Under the pieces are notes generated by a model. That model had not been told where the DNA came from. It did not search any database and was given only the letters and a program-made list of their open reading frames with translations. 64,000 nt of DNA, taken from contig CALUEX010000050.1 of assembly GCA_944319815.1 (NCBI GenBank), positions 13,372 to 77,371 on the forward strand, given 5' to 3'. Below are positions 27,155 to 40,489 of this stretch, in pieces. The translations under genes were made by a program, and so were the position numbers. Each line of letters opens with the position of its first letter. Positions within the stretch are counted from its first letter, which is position 1. The stretch comes from an uncultured Prevotella sp. (lineage in GTDB: Bacteria > Bacteroidota > Bacteroidia > Bacteroidales > Bacteroidaceae).

Positions 27155-28261
27155 TTACGCATGAAGATGATTTATACAAATCCCCTGCTTATACCAATCG
27201 TAAAGTTTCCTTACGCCTTCGTCTATCTCTATCTTGTGATGCCAGCCAAGGGAGTGCAGCTTCGACACATCCGTTAACTTGCGGGGTGTGCCGTCAGGCT
27301 TAGAAGTATCCCAAAGCAACTTACCCTTGAAGTCAACAGTCGAAATGACTTTCTGTGCAAGTTCACGTATGCTAAGCTCCTTGCCCGTACCTACATTAAT
27401 GTGGCAGTTCCTGATTTCGCGAGTTCCCGGTGCGTAAGTGTCCTTAAAATCTACATTCAGCAAGACGTGAACACTGGCATCGGCCATGTCTTCGCTCCAT
27501 AAGAACTCGCGCATCGGGCTACCTGTACCCCATAAAGTAACAGCCTCGGCTGTTATGCCGAACGTTGCAAGCTCTCTCGTAATCTCGGCTTCGCTACTTG
27601 TGCCAGTGACTCCTTTTACGGGACGCAAGTCAAGGTCTTTTCGTACATCCGCCCATCGACCTTCATTCAAACACTTGGCCAAATGCACCTTGCGTATCAT
27701 GGCTGGCAGTACATGGCTGTTCTCTAAGTGAAAATTATCGTTAGGGCCGTAAAGATTTGTCGGCATCACGGCTACATAGTTGCAACCGTATTGAAGACTG
27801 AAGCTCTCACACATTTTCAGTCCTGCAATCTTGGCTATGGCGTATGGCTCGTTGGTATATTCAAGCTCAGATGTCAGCAAGGCATCTTCACGCATGGGTT
27901 GCGAAGCCATACGGGGATAGATGCAAGTGCTGCCTAAAAAGAGTAATTTGTTTACACCGTGACGGAAACTCTCACCGATGACATTCTGCTGTATCTGAAG
28001 ATTTTGATAGATGAAATCCGCCCGATAGTTGAGATTGGCCATTATGCCGCCAACATGAGCTGCAGCCAAAACGACTGCATCAGGTTGCTCTTCATCAAAA
28101 AAACGTTTCACGGCCACGGGATTTAGCAAATCAAGTTCATCATGACTACGACCTACCAGATTCTCATATCCCCGTGTCTTAAGATTGTTCCATATTGCCG
28201 AACCTACCAAACCGCGGTGCCCGGCAACATATATCTTTGAATTCTTTTCTAACATTGCCAT
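27155..28261 (-). CDS. fcl: GDP-L-fucose synthase
   Basis: AGHRGLVGSA, AAAHVGGI, FLGSTCIYP, YAIAKIAG, PTNLYGPNDNF, WGTGSPMREF, KPDGTPRK. Confidence 0.96.
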   Translation of the reverse strand: MAMLEKNSKIYVAGHRGLVGSAIWNNLKTRGYENLVGRSHDELDLLNPVAVKRFFDEEQPDAVVLAAAHVGGIMANLNYRADFIYQNLQIQQNVIGESFRHGVNKLLFLGSTCIYPRMASQPMREDALLTSELEYTNEPYAIAKIAGLKMCESFSLQYGCNYVAVMPTNLYGPNDNFHLENSHVLPAMIRKVHLAKCLNEGRWADVRKDLDLRPVKGVTGTSSEAEITRELATFGITAEAVTLWGTGSPMREFLWSEDMADASVHVLLNVDFKDTYAPGTREIRNCHINVGTGKELSIRELAQKVISTVDFKGKLLWDTSKPDGTPRKLTDVSKLHSLGWHHKIEIDEGVRKLYDWYKQGICINHLHA

Positions 28262-28315
28262 TTCATGTTTAACCCCATTAAACTCATAAATGTTTAATGG
28301 GGCTTTATAAATAAA

Positions 28316-29401
28316 TTATTCTGCCATTTGAACCTTAATATATAACTTCTTAACAAACTTCATGTCATGCCGAACCATAATCTTGACCAATTCTTCAAAA
28401 GTGGTTTTAGTAGGATTCCAACCTAACACTTTCTTCGCTTTAGCAGGATTGCCAAGAAGTTGGTCTACTTCGCATGGACGGAAATATTTAGGGTCAACCT
28501 CCACAAGTACCTTACCTGTCTTCACGTCTATACCTTTTTCATTGACACCCTCTCCTTTCCACTGCAATTCTATACCAGTTTCCTTAAAAGCCAAAGTACA
28601 AAATTCGCGGACTGTATGCATTTCGCCTGTGGCAATAACAAAGTCGTCTGGTTCAGGTTGTTGCAATATCATCCACATACATTCCACATAGTCACGAGCA
28701 TATCCCCAATCGCGACGTGCATCAAGATTACCGAGATAGAGTTTATCTTGAAATCCTTGAGCTATGCGACAAGCTGCAAGTGTTATCTTACGTGTGACAA
28801 AATTCTCACCACGGCGTTCACTTTCATGGTTAAACAAAATACCGTTACAGCAGTACATTCTGTAACTTTCACGATAATTCTTCATTATCCAGAAACCATA
28901 TAACTTGGCTACTGAATAAGGGGAACGCGGGTAGAAAGGCGTGGTTTCCGTCTGTGGAACTTCCTGCACCTTACCATACAGTTCCGACGTTGAAGCCTGA
29001 TATATACGGCAAGTCTTGTCAAGACCACATATACGCACAGCTTCCAACAAGCGCAATACGCCTACGGCATCAGTGTCTGCAGTATACTCAGGCACATCGA
29101 AAGATACTTTAACATGACTTTGAGCCGCAAGATTGTATATTTCCGTCGGCTTGGTCTCCCCTATTATACGTATAAGAGACGACGAATCCGTCATGTCGGC
29201 CCAATGCAGATTGACAAGGCGTGCCTTCTTCATGTCACGCACCCACTCATCAAGATAAAGGTGTTCAATCCTACCAGTATTAAATGATGATGAACGGCGC
29301 AACAGTCCATGCACCTCATAACCTTTCTCAATAAGGAATTCTGCCAGGTATGAACCATCCTGGCCTGTAATTCCTGTAATCAAAGCAACGTTTTTTTTCA
29401 T
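28316..29401 (-). CDS. gmd: GDP-mannose 4,6-dehydratase
   Basis: [53 protein letters not shown]. Confidence 0.97.
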   Translation of the reverse strand: MKKNVALITGITGQDGSYLAEFLIEKGYEVHGLLRRSSSFNTGRIEHLYLDEWVRDMKKARLVNLHWADMTDSSSLIRIIGETKPTEIYNLAAQSHVKVSFDVPEYTADTDAVGVLRLLEAVRICGLDKTCRIYQASTSELYGKVQEVPQTETTPFYPRSPYSVAKLYGFWIMKNYRESYRMYCCNGILFNHESERRGENFVTRKITLAACRIAQGFQDKLYLGNLDARRDWGYARDYVECMWMILQQPEPDDFVIATGEMHTVREFCTLAFKETGIELQWKGEGVNEKGIDVKTGKVLVEVDPKYFRPCEVDQLLGNPAKAKKVLGWNPTKTTFEELVKIMVRHDMKFVKKLYIKVQMAE

Positions 29402-29434
29402 TTCAACAATTTAAAAGTTTTATTTATGTTGGTT

Positions 29435-30508
29435 CTATTTTTCGCCTTCTGCAAACTGCTTGATACGCTGTTCTTCAGAAAGTTTGCATATCAGCAACTT
29501 ATCATCTTTCTCAGCCACGATATAGCCATCCAAGCCCTGTATTACGACTTTATGCTTATTCAACGTATGAACTATGCAATTATGCGTGTCATAAAGCAAC
29601 ACATTGTCACCAATGACACCATTCCCATATAAGTCCTTTTTGGTATGCACCAAAAGTGAGCCCCATGTGCCAAGGTCGCTCCAACCAAAGTCAGCAGGAC
29701 ATACAAATATCTCCTCCGCTTTCTCCATTATCGCATAGTCAACGGATATATTTTCACATTCCGGAAATCTCTTATTAATTTCGTCTTGTTCTGCCGGCGT
29801 ACCGTACACGGAAGACATACTTTCGAATATCTTGCTCAAAGTCGGTTGATATATCCTGAACGCATTGACGATAGTATTAACACTCCATATAAAGATGCCT
29901 GCATTCCAAAAATAGCTCTTATTCTTGACATATTTTTGTGCTGTCTCCAAATCAGGCTTCTCTTTAAAAGAATCGACACGGAATATTTCCTTGTTACGTG
30001 GCGAACTTGACGAAAGGTCTGCTTGTATATAACCATACCCCGTCTCTGGACGTGTAGGCTTCATTCCAAGTGTTATTATTGCATCGGTCTCGCTTACAAA
30101 CTTTAAGCCTTGCGACACCACGCGCCTGAACTCGCCTACATCCGTTACGATATGGTCACTGGGTGAAACAACAATATTGGCATTCCTGTCCTTAGCCTTT
30201 ATGCGCCAACTTACATACGCTATGCAAGGGGCAGTATTGCGGCGGCACGGCTCACACAGTATATTACCCTCTGGCATATCGGGCAACTGCTCCTTCACCA
30301 AATCCTTATACTTTGCGCTTGTTACGACCCATACGTTCTCTGAGTCACACAAACCTTTAAATCTGTCATAAGTCAACTGTAACAAAGTACGTCCTGTACC
30401 CAGCACATCGATAAACTGTTTAGGCTTGTCTTCCGTACTCATCGGCCAAAAGCGACTCCCCACTCCACCGGCCATTATGACTAAATGATTATTTGTTGAA
30501 TAAGTCAT
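29435..30508 (-). CDS. manC: Mannose-1-phosphate guanylyltransferase
   Basis: IMAGGVGSRFWPMS..PKQF, EPCRRNTAP, PSDH, TGYGYI, WNAGIF, WSDLGTW. Confidence 0.93.
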   Translation of the reverse strand: MTYSTNNHLVIMAGGVGSRFWPMSTEDKPKQFIDVLGTGRTLLQLTYDRFKGLCDSENVWVVTSAKYKDLVKEQLPDMPEGNILCEPCRRNTAPCIAYVSWRIKAKDRNANIVVSPSDHIVTDVGEFRRVVSQGLKFVSETDAIITLGMKPTRPETGYGYIQADLSSSSPRNKEIFRVDSFKEKPDLETAQKYVKNKSYFWNAGIFIWSVNTIVNAFRIYQPTLSKIFESMSSVYGTPAEQDEINKRFPECENISVDYAIMEKAEEIFVCPADFGWSDLGTWGSLLVHTKKDLYGNGVIGDNVLLYDTHNCIVHTLNKHKVVIQGLDGYIVAEKDDKLLICKLSEEQRIKQFAEGEK

Positions 30509-30581
30509 AAAACTTTAATAACTCTTGAAAATTTTAAAGGCAAAGATAGTAAAAAAAACTATACACAATGATAAAAACATG

Positions 30582-30613
30582 AAAAAAGGCGGAATTTTTA
30601 TTCCGCCTTTTTT
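30582..30613 (-). terminator. Intrinsic terminator downstream of xylA
   Basis: AAAAAAGGCGGAAT / ATTCCGCCTTTTTT. Confidence 0.85.
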
Positions 30614-30628
30614 CTGATTACATTTCTT

Positions 30629-31945
30629 TTATTTGCAATACCAACTTAAGATAGCCTCATAAAGCTCCTGCTTTCCTGAAGTTTGTTTAGGCTCACCTTT
30701 CTCTTTTGCATATGCGACGATGTCTTCAAGCGAAAGTTTACCTTCTTCAAACTCCTTGCCTTTACCAGAATCAAACGATGCATAACGGTCTTTGAGCATT
30801 TGACAGATTGGAGATTTTTCCATCAGATTTGCAGCATTCTCCAATGCACGGGCCATTGCGTCCATACCGCTTATGTGGGCAATGAAAAGGTCCTCAAGGT
30901 CTGTAGAGTTACGACGAATCTTTGCGTCGAAATTAGAACCACCATTGCCAAGACCACCATTTCGGATAATATGCATCATGGCCTGGGTGAGTTCCCAGTT
31001 GTCAATCGGGAACTGGTCTGTATCCCAGCCATTTTGATAATCACCACGGTTTGCGTCTATGCTGCCTAACATTCCATTGTCAACCGCTACTGCAAGTTCA
31101 TGCTCGAAAGTGTGACCTGCCAAAGTTGCATGGTTCACTTCAATATTCACCTTAAAATCTTTGTCCAAGCCGTTAGCACGCAAGAAACCTATAACGGTCT
31201 CCGTGTCAACATCGTATTGATGCTTTGTTGGCTCCATCGGTTTAGGCTCAATAAGGAACGTACCGGTAAAACCTTTTGAGCGAGCATAATCGCGAGCAGC
31301 TTTCAACATAGTGGCCAAATGGTCTTTTTCACGTTGCATCTGGGTATTCAGCAAACTCATGTATCCTTCACGTCCACCCCAAAATACATAATTGGTACCA
31401 CCAAGTTTGATTGTGGCGTCAATGGCATTTTTTATTTGTACAGCCGCACGTGCCACAACATCAAAATCAGGATTAGTCGCAGCTCCGTTCATATAGCGTT
31501 TATGCCCAAAAACATTAGCCGTACCCCAAAGGTTCTTGATGTTCGTGCCTTCCATCTTTTCCAAGGCATAATCGGTTATTGCTTTCATGCGGGTCTCATA
31601 TTCCTCGATAGTGCTTCCCTCATCAACAAGGTCTACATCGTGGAAACAGAAATATTCGATTCCGAGCTTACTCATTATCTCAAAACCTGCATCCATCTTG
31701 TCCTTGGCACGCTCTACGGCATCAGCCTTAGCATCCCATGGATATACACGGGTTCCACCACCAAACTGGTCGCTACTTGCCGGACCGAGCGTATGCCACC
31801 ATGCCATGGCAAACTTCAACCAGTCTTTCATCTTTTTGCCCATTATTACCTTTTCTGCATCATAATAATGATAAGCCAATGGGTTTGTGCTATCCACACC
31901 CTCATACTTAATCTTCCCTATCTGCGGGAAATACTCTTTTGCCAT
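30629..31945 (-). CDS. xylA: Xylose isomerase
   Basis: [48 protein letters not shown]; start ATG 31945. Confidence 0.97.
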   Translation of the reverse strand: MAKEYFPQIGKIKYEGVDSTNPLAYHYYDAEKVIMGKKMKDWLKFAMAWWHTLGPASSDQFGGGTRVYPWDAKADAVERAKDKMDAGFEIMSKLGIEYFCFHDVDLVDEGSTIEEYETRMKAITDYALEKMEGTNIKNLWGTANVFGHKRYMNGAATNPDFDVVARAAVQIKNAIDATIKLGGTNYVFWGGREGYMSLLNTQMQREKDHLATMLKAARDYARSKGFTGTFLIEPKPMEPTKHQYDVDTETVIGFLRANGLDKDFKVNIEVNHATLAGHTFEHELAVAVDNGMLGSIDANRGDYQNGWDTDQFPIDNWELTQAMMHIIRNGGLGNGGSNFDAKIRRNSTDLEDLFIAHISGMDAMARALENAANLMEKSPICQMLKDRYASFDSGKGKEFEEGKLSLEDIVAYAKEKGEPKQTSGKQELYEAILSWYCK

Positions 31946-32005
31946 AATAATTGATTTTAGTAGGTTATTAATATCCAACAATGTCCCGACTTCGTCGTAT
32001 ACAAG

Positions 32006-33505
32006 TTATTTGTTTATCTGTCTTTGCAACTTGTCTTTCCACAAAGAATATGCTTCAAGATACTCTGCCCTGTGCGTCTCGTCTGGCTCTATTACGGAAA
32101 GTTTCTTAAGTGTAGCAAAAGCCTCGTCATGGTCTTTGTATATTCCACATCCAATACCTGCGCCTTTGGCCGCCCCTACACTGCCGTCAGTCTCGTAAAG
32201 TTCTATTACAGCCCCGCTGACTCCTGCCAGTGTGTTGCGGAAAATATCACTCAAGAACATATTAGCCCTACCGGCATGTATCTTCCTGATGTCCATGCCC
32301 ATCTGTTGCATTACTTCCATCCCGTAACAGAAACTGAACACTATGCCTTCCTGGGCAGCACGCATCATGTGAGCCTTTCCATGCTTATTAAAATTCACGC
32401 CATGTATCGAGCATCCGATTTCCTTGTTCTCCAATACACGTTCAGCACCATTACCAAACGGTATTATCGTTACGCCATCGCTTCCTATCGGCACGGAGGC
32501 CATCATGTCATTCATGTCTGAATAAGACATTCCTTCTGGAGCAACGTTCCTGCGCATCCACGCATTTAATATACCGGTTCCATTAATACACAACAAAACC
32601 CCTAAACGGTCTAAATCCTTTGTATAATTGACATGGGCAAACGTGTTGACACGGCTTCGCCTATCATAATTCACATCACCAAGGACACCATACACAACAC
32701 CTGACGTACCTGCGGTTGAAGCTATCTCACCAGGATTAAATACATTGAGGCTCAAGGCATTGTTTGGCTGGTCACCAGCCCGATAACTTATAGGCGTACC
32801 TTCCTTTAGCCCGAGCTCTTTTGCTGTCGAAGCACACACTTCGCATTGAACACTGAATGTCGGCACTATGTCAGATATTATGCTGCTGTCGAAACCATAA
32901 TAATCAAGCAGGAAAGTTGCAATTTCCTTATTCTTGAAATCCCAGAACATCCCTTCGCTCAACCCTCCGACCGTCGTGTTTACCACACCACTAAGACGCA
33001 TGGCTATATAATCCCCAGGAAGCATTATCTTATATATCTTTCCAAACAGGTCCGGTTCGTTGTCCTTTACCCATGCCAGCTTTGCCGCAGTAAAGTTACC
33101 TGGCGAATTGAGCAAATGGCCAAGGCACAAATCTGTACCTAAGGCATCAAAAGCTTTCTCTCCATAAGGTACGGCCCTTGAGTCACACCATATTATTGAT
33201 GGCCGCAGCACTTTCAGCTCCCTGTCCACACACACAAGTCCATGCATCTGGTACGAAATGCCGATGGCCTTAATGTCTTCACCTGCAACTGAAGCCTCCG
33301 ACATTACTTTTCTCATGCTCAACTTTGCATTGTCCCACCACATCTGCGGGTCTTGCTCTGCCCATCCTGCCTTAACGGCTATTATCGGGGCTTCTTTTTC
33401 AGGATAAAAAGCCGATGACACACACACACCGCTGTCTGCATCCACTAATGATGCCTTTACAGACGAGCTGCCAATATCTAAACCCAATAAATATCTTCCA
33501 GACAT
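32006..33505 (-). CDS. xylB: Xylulokinase
   Basis: LGLDIGSSSVK, ISYQMHG, IIWCDSR, GDQPNNA FGGY kinase motifs; adjacent to xylA. Confidence 0.92.
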   Translation of the reverse strand: MSGRYLLGLDIGSSSVKASLVDADSGVCVSSAFYPEKEAPIIAVKAGWAEQDPQMWWDNAKLSMRKVMSEASVAGEDIKAIGISYQMHGLVCVDRELKVLRPSIIWCDSRAVPYGEKAFDALGTDLCLGHLLNSPGNFTAAKLAWVKDNEPDLFGKIYKIMLPGDYIAMRLSGVVNTTVGGLSEGMFWDFKNKEIATFLLDYYGFDSSIISDIVPTFSVQCEVCASTAKELGLKEGTPISYRAGDQPNNALSLNVFNPGEIASTAGTSGVVYGVLGDVNYDRRSRVNTFAHVNYTKDLDRLGVLLCINGTGILNAWMRRNVAPEGMSYSDMNDMMASVPIGSDGVTIIPFGNGAERVLENKEIGCSIHGVNFNKHGKAHMMRAAQEGIVFSFCYGMEVMQQMGMDIRKIHAGRANMFLSDIFRNTLAGVSGAVIELYETDGSVGAAKGAGIGCGIYKDHDEAFATLKKLSVIEPDETHRAEYLEAYSLWKDKLQRQINK

Positions 33506-33577
33506 AAAAAACTTGTTTTATAGATTAAACAGTCAGCAAGCCTAAAGACGTGCTTTCCAGTATAGTTTTTAAATATA

Positions 33578-33907
33578 TCAAAACAGGGATAAAGACCCGT
33601 CTTCTTCAGTTTTCACGCAATCTGCATCCTCAGGAACATAATCCTTGAAATCAAATTTCAATTGGTCTGATGCATTATTAAGGTTCAAGCGATACACACC
33701 ACGCATATTCGTTCGCTCTATTATCGAGTCTGGTGCCTTGCTGTTTTTCATTAAATAAGAAGCCACATAACGGTGCACATCCTCAAGCGATATGGCATCA
33801 AACAACCCGTTGCATCTATTGAACACGTGCATGGCTATTTTCCTAATGCTTAGCCCCTTAGGGCCTGCCTCATTCAAGACGAAAAGGATTTCGCTATCGT
33901 AGTTCAT
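33578..33907 (-). CDS. Hypothetical protein, winged-helix-like
   Basis: 109-aa ORF; ILFVLNEAGPKGLSIRKIA...RGVYRL pattern. Confidence 0.55.
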   Translation of the reverse strand: MNYDSEILFVLNEAGPKGLSIRKIAMHVFNRCNGLFDAISLEDVHRYVASYLMKNSKAPDSIIERTNMRGVYRLNLNNASDQLKFDFKDYVPEDADCVKTEEDGSLSLF

Positions 33908-33972
33908 GGAATTAGAATAAAGAAGGACCGGTAAGATTGCACTTCCAGCCCTTCCTAAATATCATCTATGGA

Positions 33973-34266
33973 TTAAGCCAACGTTATCATGTTGCCATCA
34001 GCCTTAATCTTACCCTCCTTGAAAAGCCAGCCCATACCCAAAAGCGTCTCGTTTTCGCTTATTTTCGCAGCCTTTGCAATCTCGGCTACGCTAAGAGCCT
34101 TACCGGCCGTGGCAAGAGCCTGATAAACATCACCAGCCCTGAATCCTACACTCTCTGCATTGATTTCAAATGTTACTTTTTTGGCAGTACTTCTTTTTGG
34201 TGCTGCTTTTTTCTCTACCGCAGTCTTTGTTGCGGTTCTCTTCACAGTTTCTCTCTTTTCAGTCAT
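33973..34266 (-). CDS. Winged-helix protein (DUF2582-like) with Lys/Ala-rich N-tail
   Basis: VGFRAGDVYQAL....LSVAEIAK..LGMGWLFKEGKI; N-tail KRTATKTAVEKKAAPKRSTAKK; start ATG 34266. Confidence 0.7.
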   Translation of the reverse strand: MTEKRETVKRTATKTAVEKKAAPKRSTAKKVTFEINAESVGFRAGDVYQALATAGKALSVAEIAKAAKISENETLLGMGWLFKEGKIKADGNMITLA

Positions 34267-34411
34267 AATCAAAGTAAAATCACATTAAAATCACTCTTAT
34301 ACAGATAACAATCTTTTACGTTATCCGATGCAAATATAATGCTTTTATCCAAATAACTGTAATTTTTTCCGAAAGAAATATATATTTAATTGAGCACCTA
34401 AGCTATAGCGT

Positions 34412-36178
34412 CTACTTTTCTTGACTTAAATCAACCTTTATCTGCAATTCATCAAGCTGTTTCGGGTCAAGTGGCGACGGAGCGTCGAGCATGACGTCGC
34501 GCCCGCTATTGTTCTTCGGGAAAGCAATACAGTCACGTATGCTGTCAAGACCAGCCATGATTGACACAAAGCGGTCGAGACCGAACGCAAGACCGGCATG
34601 GGGCGGCGCACCATACTTGAAAGCGTTGATAAGGAATCCGAATTGTGCCATAGCACGCTCGGGAGTAAAGCCAAGGATGTTGAACATCTTTTCCTGCAAC
34701 TTGCCGTCATGGATACGCAAGCTACCACCACCAACCTCAATGCCGTTGCATACAAAATCATAAGCCTTGGCACGCACACGCTCCGGATGTTCCTCCAGCA
34801 ATGGTATGTCGTCAGGATTTGGCATCGTAAATGGATGGTGGGTTGACATCAGGCGCTGCTCCTCGTCGCTCCACTCGAACAGCGGGAAGTCGATAATCCA
34901 CAAGCACTCAAATTTGTTCTTGTCCCTCAGCCCAAGCCTGTCGCCCATCTCCAAGCGCAACGTACACAACTGCACGCGCGTTTTGTTGGCATTGTCGCCA
35001 CTCATTATAAGGAGCAAGTCGCCGGCATTTGCGCTGACTTTCTCTTTCAGGCTCAGCATCACTTCTTGCGAATAGAACTTGTCTATGCTGCTCTTGACCG
35101 TTCCGTCCTCGTTGAACTTCACCCACACAAGGCCTTTCGCGCCTACCTGCGGACGCTTAACGAAGTCCGTCAGCTGGTCAAGCTGTTTTCTCGTATATCC
35201 AGCACAGCCAGGCACGCATATTCCGCCTATATACTCGGCACTGTTGAACACGCCGAACTCACCCGTGCCCTTCAGCACGTCCATCAGTTCCACGAACTCC
35301 ATACCGAACCGCAAGTCAGGCTTGTCGCTGCCGAAACGACGCATAGCCTCGGCCCACGTCATCTGCGGAAGTTTTGCAGGAAGCTCAACACCACGCACCT
35401 CCTTGAACAAATGGCGAGCCATATCCTCAAACAAGTTGATTACGTCATCTTGGTCAACAAACGACATCTCGCAGTCTATCTGCGTAAACTCAGGCTGGCG
35501 GTCTGCGCGCAAGTCCTCGTCACGGAAACACTTTGCAATCTGGAAATACCTGTCGAAGCCACTTACCATCAGCAGCTGCTTCAGCGTCTGCGGACTTTGC
35601 GGCAAGGCGTAGAACTGTCCCGGGTTCATGCGAGACGGCACGACGAAGTCGCGCGCGCCCTCTGGCGTACTACCTATTAATATAGGTGTCTCCACCTCAA
35701 TGAAATCCTTTGAGTCCAAGAAATTTCGGATAAGTATAGTCATGCGGTGGCGCAACTCCAAGTTCTTGCGCACACAAGGGCGGCGCAAATCCAAATAACG
35801 GTACTTCATGCGGATGTCGTCGCCACCGTCTGTATTATCCTCAATCGTGAACGGAGGCGTAAGGCTTTCGCTCAACACGTTAAGTTTCGTCACCGTTATC
35901 TCTATGTCGCCTGTAGGCAGGTTGGCGTTCTTGCTTTGGCGCTCATTCACAACGCCTTCCACCTGTATGCAATATTCGCGCCCCAACTTGTTCGCCTCGG
36001 CGCAAAGGTCGGCGTTGTCGTTCTCGTTGAAGACCAGCTGCGTTATGCCATAACGGTCACGGAGGTCAACGAAAGTCATGCCTCCCATCTTCCGGCTGCG
36101 CTGCACCCAGCCGGAAAGCGTCACCTGCTTGCCGGCATCCTGAAGGCGCAACTCACCACACGTATTCGTCCTATACAT
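34412..36178 (-). CDS. aspS: Aspartate-tRNA ligase
   Basis: [64 protein letters not shown]. Confidence 0.98.
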   Translation of the reverse strand: MYRTNTCGELRLQDAGKQVTLSGWVQRSRKMGGMTFVDLRDRYGITQLVFNENDNADLCAEANKLGREYCIQVEGVVNERQSKNANLPTGDIEITVTKLNVLSESLTPPFTIEDNTDGGDDIRMKYRYLDLRRPCVRKNLELRHRMTILIRNFLDSKDFIEVETPILIGSTPEGARDFVVPSRMNPGQFYALPQSPQTLKQLLMVSGFDRYFQIAKCFRDEDLRADRQPEFTQIDCEMSFVDQDDVINLFEDMARHLFKEVRGVELPAKLPQMTWAEAMRRFGSDKPDLRFGMEFVELMDVLKGTGEFGVFNSAEYIGGICVPGCAGYTRKQLDQLTDFVKRPQVGAKGLVWVKFNEDGTVKSSIDKFYSQEVMLSLKEKVSANAGDLLLIMSGDNANKTRVQLCTLRLEMGDRLGLRDKNKFECLWIIDFPLFEWSDEEQRLMSTHHPFTMPNPDDIPLLEEHPERVRAKAYDFVCNGIEVGGGSLRIHDGKLQEKMFNILGFTPERAMAQFGFLINAFKYGAPPHAGLAFGLDRFVSIMAGLDSIRDCIAFPKNNSGRDVMLDAPSPLDPKQLDELQIKVDLSQEK

Positions 36179-36470
36179 ATTATATGTAATTAAAAATTTA
36201 AATGCAAAATTACAAAAAATGTATGAACACGCAAAAATTAATGGTTAATTTCACTTTATGTATGTCCGCATTTTGTCGAATGCGACACTGACAGAAATTA
36301 AAATCTATTGCCACCGACATAGTTTCCAGCATTCATCCCTATAGGGACAACTGCCAATAACAACACTAAAAATGTCACAACCATTGCAGCTCAAACAAAT
36401 TAAATGTTACATAAACAAAAGTTACATCATAAGTCAAGCCAATTCTGCTATTTTACTGATGCTCAATATT

Positions 36471-36515
36471 TTGCAAGAGGTATTCTTTTACGTCATAAAA
36501 GAATACCTCTTGCAA
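36471..36515. repeat. Perfect 20-bp inverted repeat
   Basis: TTGCAAGAGGTATTCTTTTA-CGTCA-TAAAAGAATACCTCTTGCAA in the divergent aspS/DUF1573 spacer. Confidence 0.8.
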
Positions 36516-36667
36516 CGTGAAATATGGCATATTGAACGCTAAAACAGCACGTCTTGATTTTATGACCGAATAAACACGCCGTAAAAGCTGCATATCCTGA
36601 ACAATGATATGTAATAAGCGACCTCACAGTATGGACACACAAGGTGTGTGTAGGGGGGGGGAGTTGA

Positions 36668-36715
36668 TGAAAAGGCTAATGTCTTAACTCCTTTACTACA
36701 TAACTACTTAACTCC
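36668..36715 (-). repeat. Dispersed 48-bp intergenic repeat, second copy
   Basis: 46/48 match to 15309-15356 in the opposite orientation. Confidence 0.85.
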
Positions 36716-36822
36716 CATACCCCTTTAACTACTAATAAATGTAAAATAAAGCGCAAGATATATACTTATAGAGAAATAAAATGTATTTTTGCACAGGAAA
36801 ACATTAAACAAAAGGAACAAAA

Positions 36823-37218
36823 ATGAAAAGAGCTTTATTCGCATTATTGCTGATGACGCTGACTTTCGGATATGCATCGGCACAGAAAGAGGCTAAGATT
36901 AAGTTTGACAAGACGACCTATAACTTCGGCGACTTCTCGGAGAAACAACCCGTTCAGAAATGTACGTTTACTTTTACAAACGTAGGTGACGCCCCGCTGA
37001 TTATCAACCAGGCCACGGCTTCATGCGGATGTACAATACCTAAGTACACGAAAAAGCCGGTGATGCCGGGACAGAAAGGCACAATCGACGTTACTTATAA
37101 TGGTAAAGGCCGTTTCCCAGGACACTTCAAGAAGGCTATCACGGTAAGGACTAACGGTAACCCGGCAATGACCAGGGTGTACATCGAGGGGAAAATGCAG
37201 GAAGTGAAAGGAAAATAA
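36823..37218 (+). CDS. DUF1573 domain protein
   Basis: Signal peptide; F.FTNVGDAPLII...ASCGCT.P......V.PGQKG.I signature. Confidence 0.88.
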   Translation: MKRALFALLLMTLTFGYASAQKEAKIKFDKTTYNFGDFSEKQPVQKCTFTFTNVGDAPLIINQATASCGCTIPKYTKKPVMPGQKGTIDVTYNGKGRFPGHFKKAITVRTNGNPAMTRVYIEGKMQEVKGK

Positions 37219-37227
37219 AAAAATGGA

Positions 37228-37317
37228 TTAAGAATTAAGGGTTAAAAATTAAGAAAATACCATTGATGCAATATTTGACAGGACATATTTTCTTAATTCT
37301 TAACCCTTAATTCTTAA
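37228..37317. repeat. 32-bp inverted repeat made of heptamer units, between convergent genes
   Basis: TTAAGAATTAAGGGTTAAAAATTAAGAAAATA vs 37286-37317, 1 mismatch. Confidence 0.8.
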
Positions 37318-37383
37318 CTAAACAGTTTTTACATATAAGCAACCAGCCATATACCGAACTGACGTTAACTAAGCGGTTTTCAA

Positions 37384-40470
<3,087 letters not shown>

Positions 40471-40489
40471 ATACTACATTTTCAGGAAA

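Noticed and set aside
27155-30508. manC-gmd-fcl as a capsule or O-antigen locus
   Set aside because: No glycosyltransferases, wzx/wzy or UpxY/UpxZ nearby; consistent with housekeeping GDP-fucose supply
36653-36661. G9 tract as a phase-variation switch
   Set aside because: It is the flank of the dispersed 48-bp repeat (the other copy has a GGGGAGGGG-like flank) and lies ~120 bp from the -7 box, not within a promoter spacer or ORF
36180-36820. tRNA, T-box or riboswitch upstream of aspS
   Set aside because: No T-box sequence, tRNA arms or recognisable aptamer consensus found by eye; an Rfam/Infernal scan would be needed to exclude other ncRNAs
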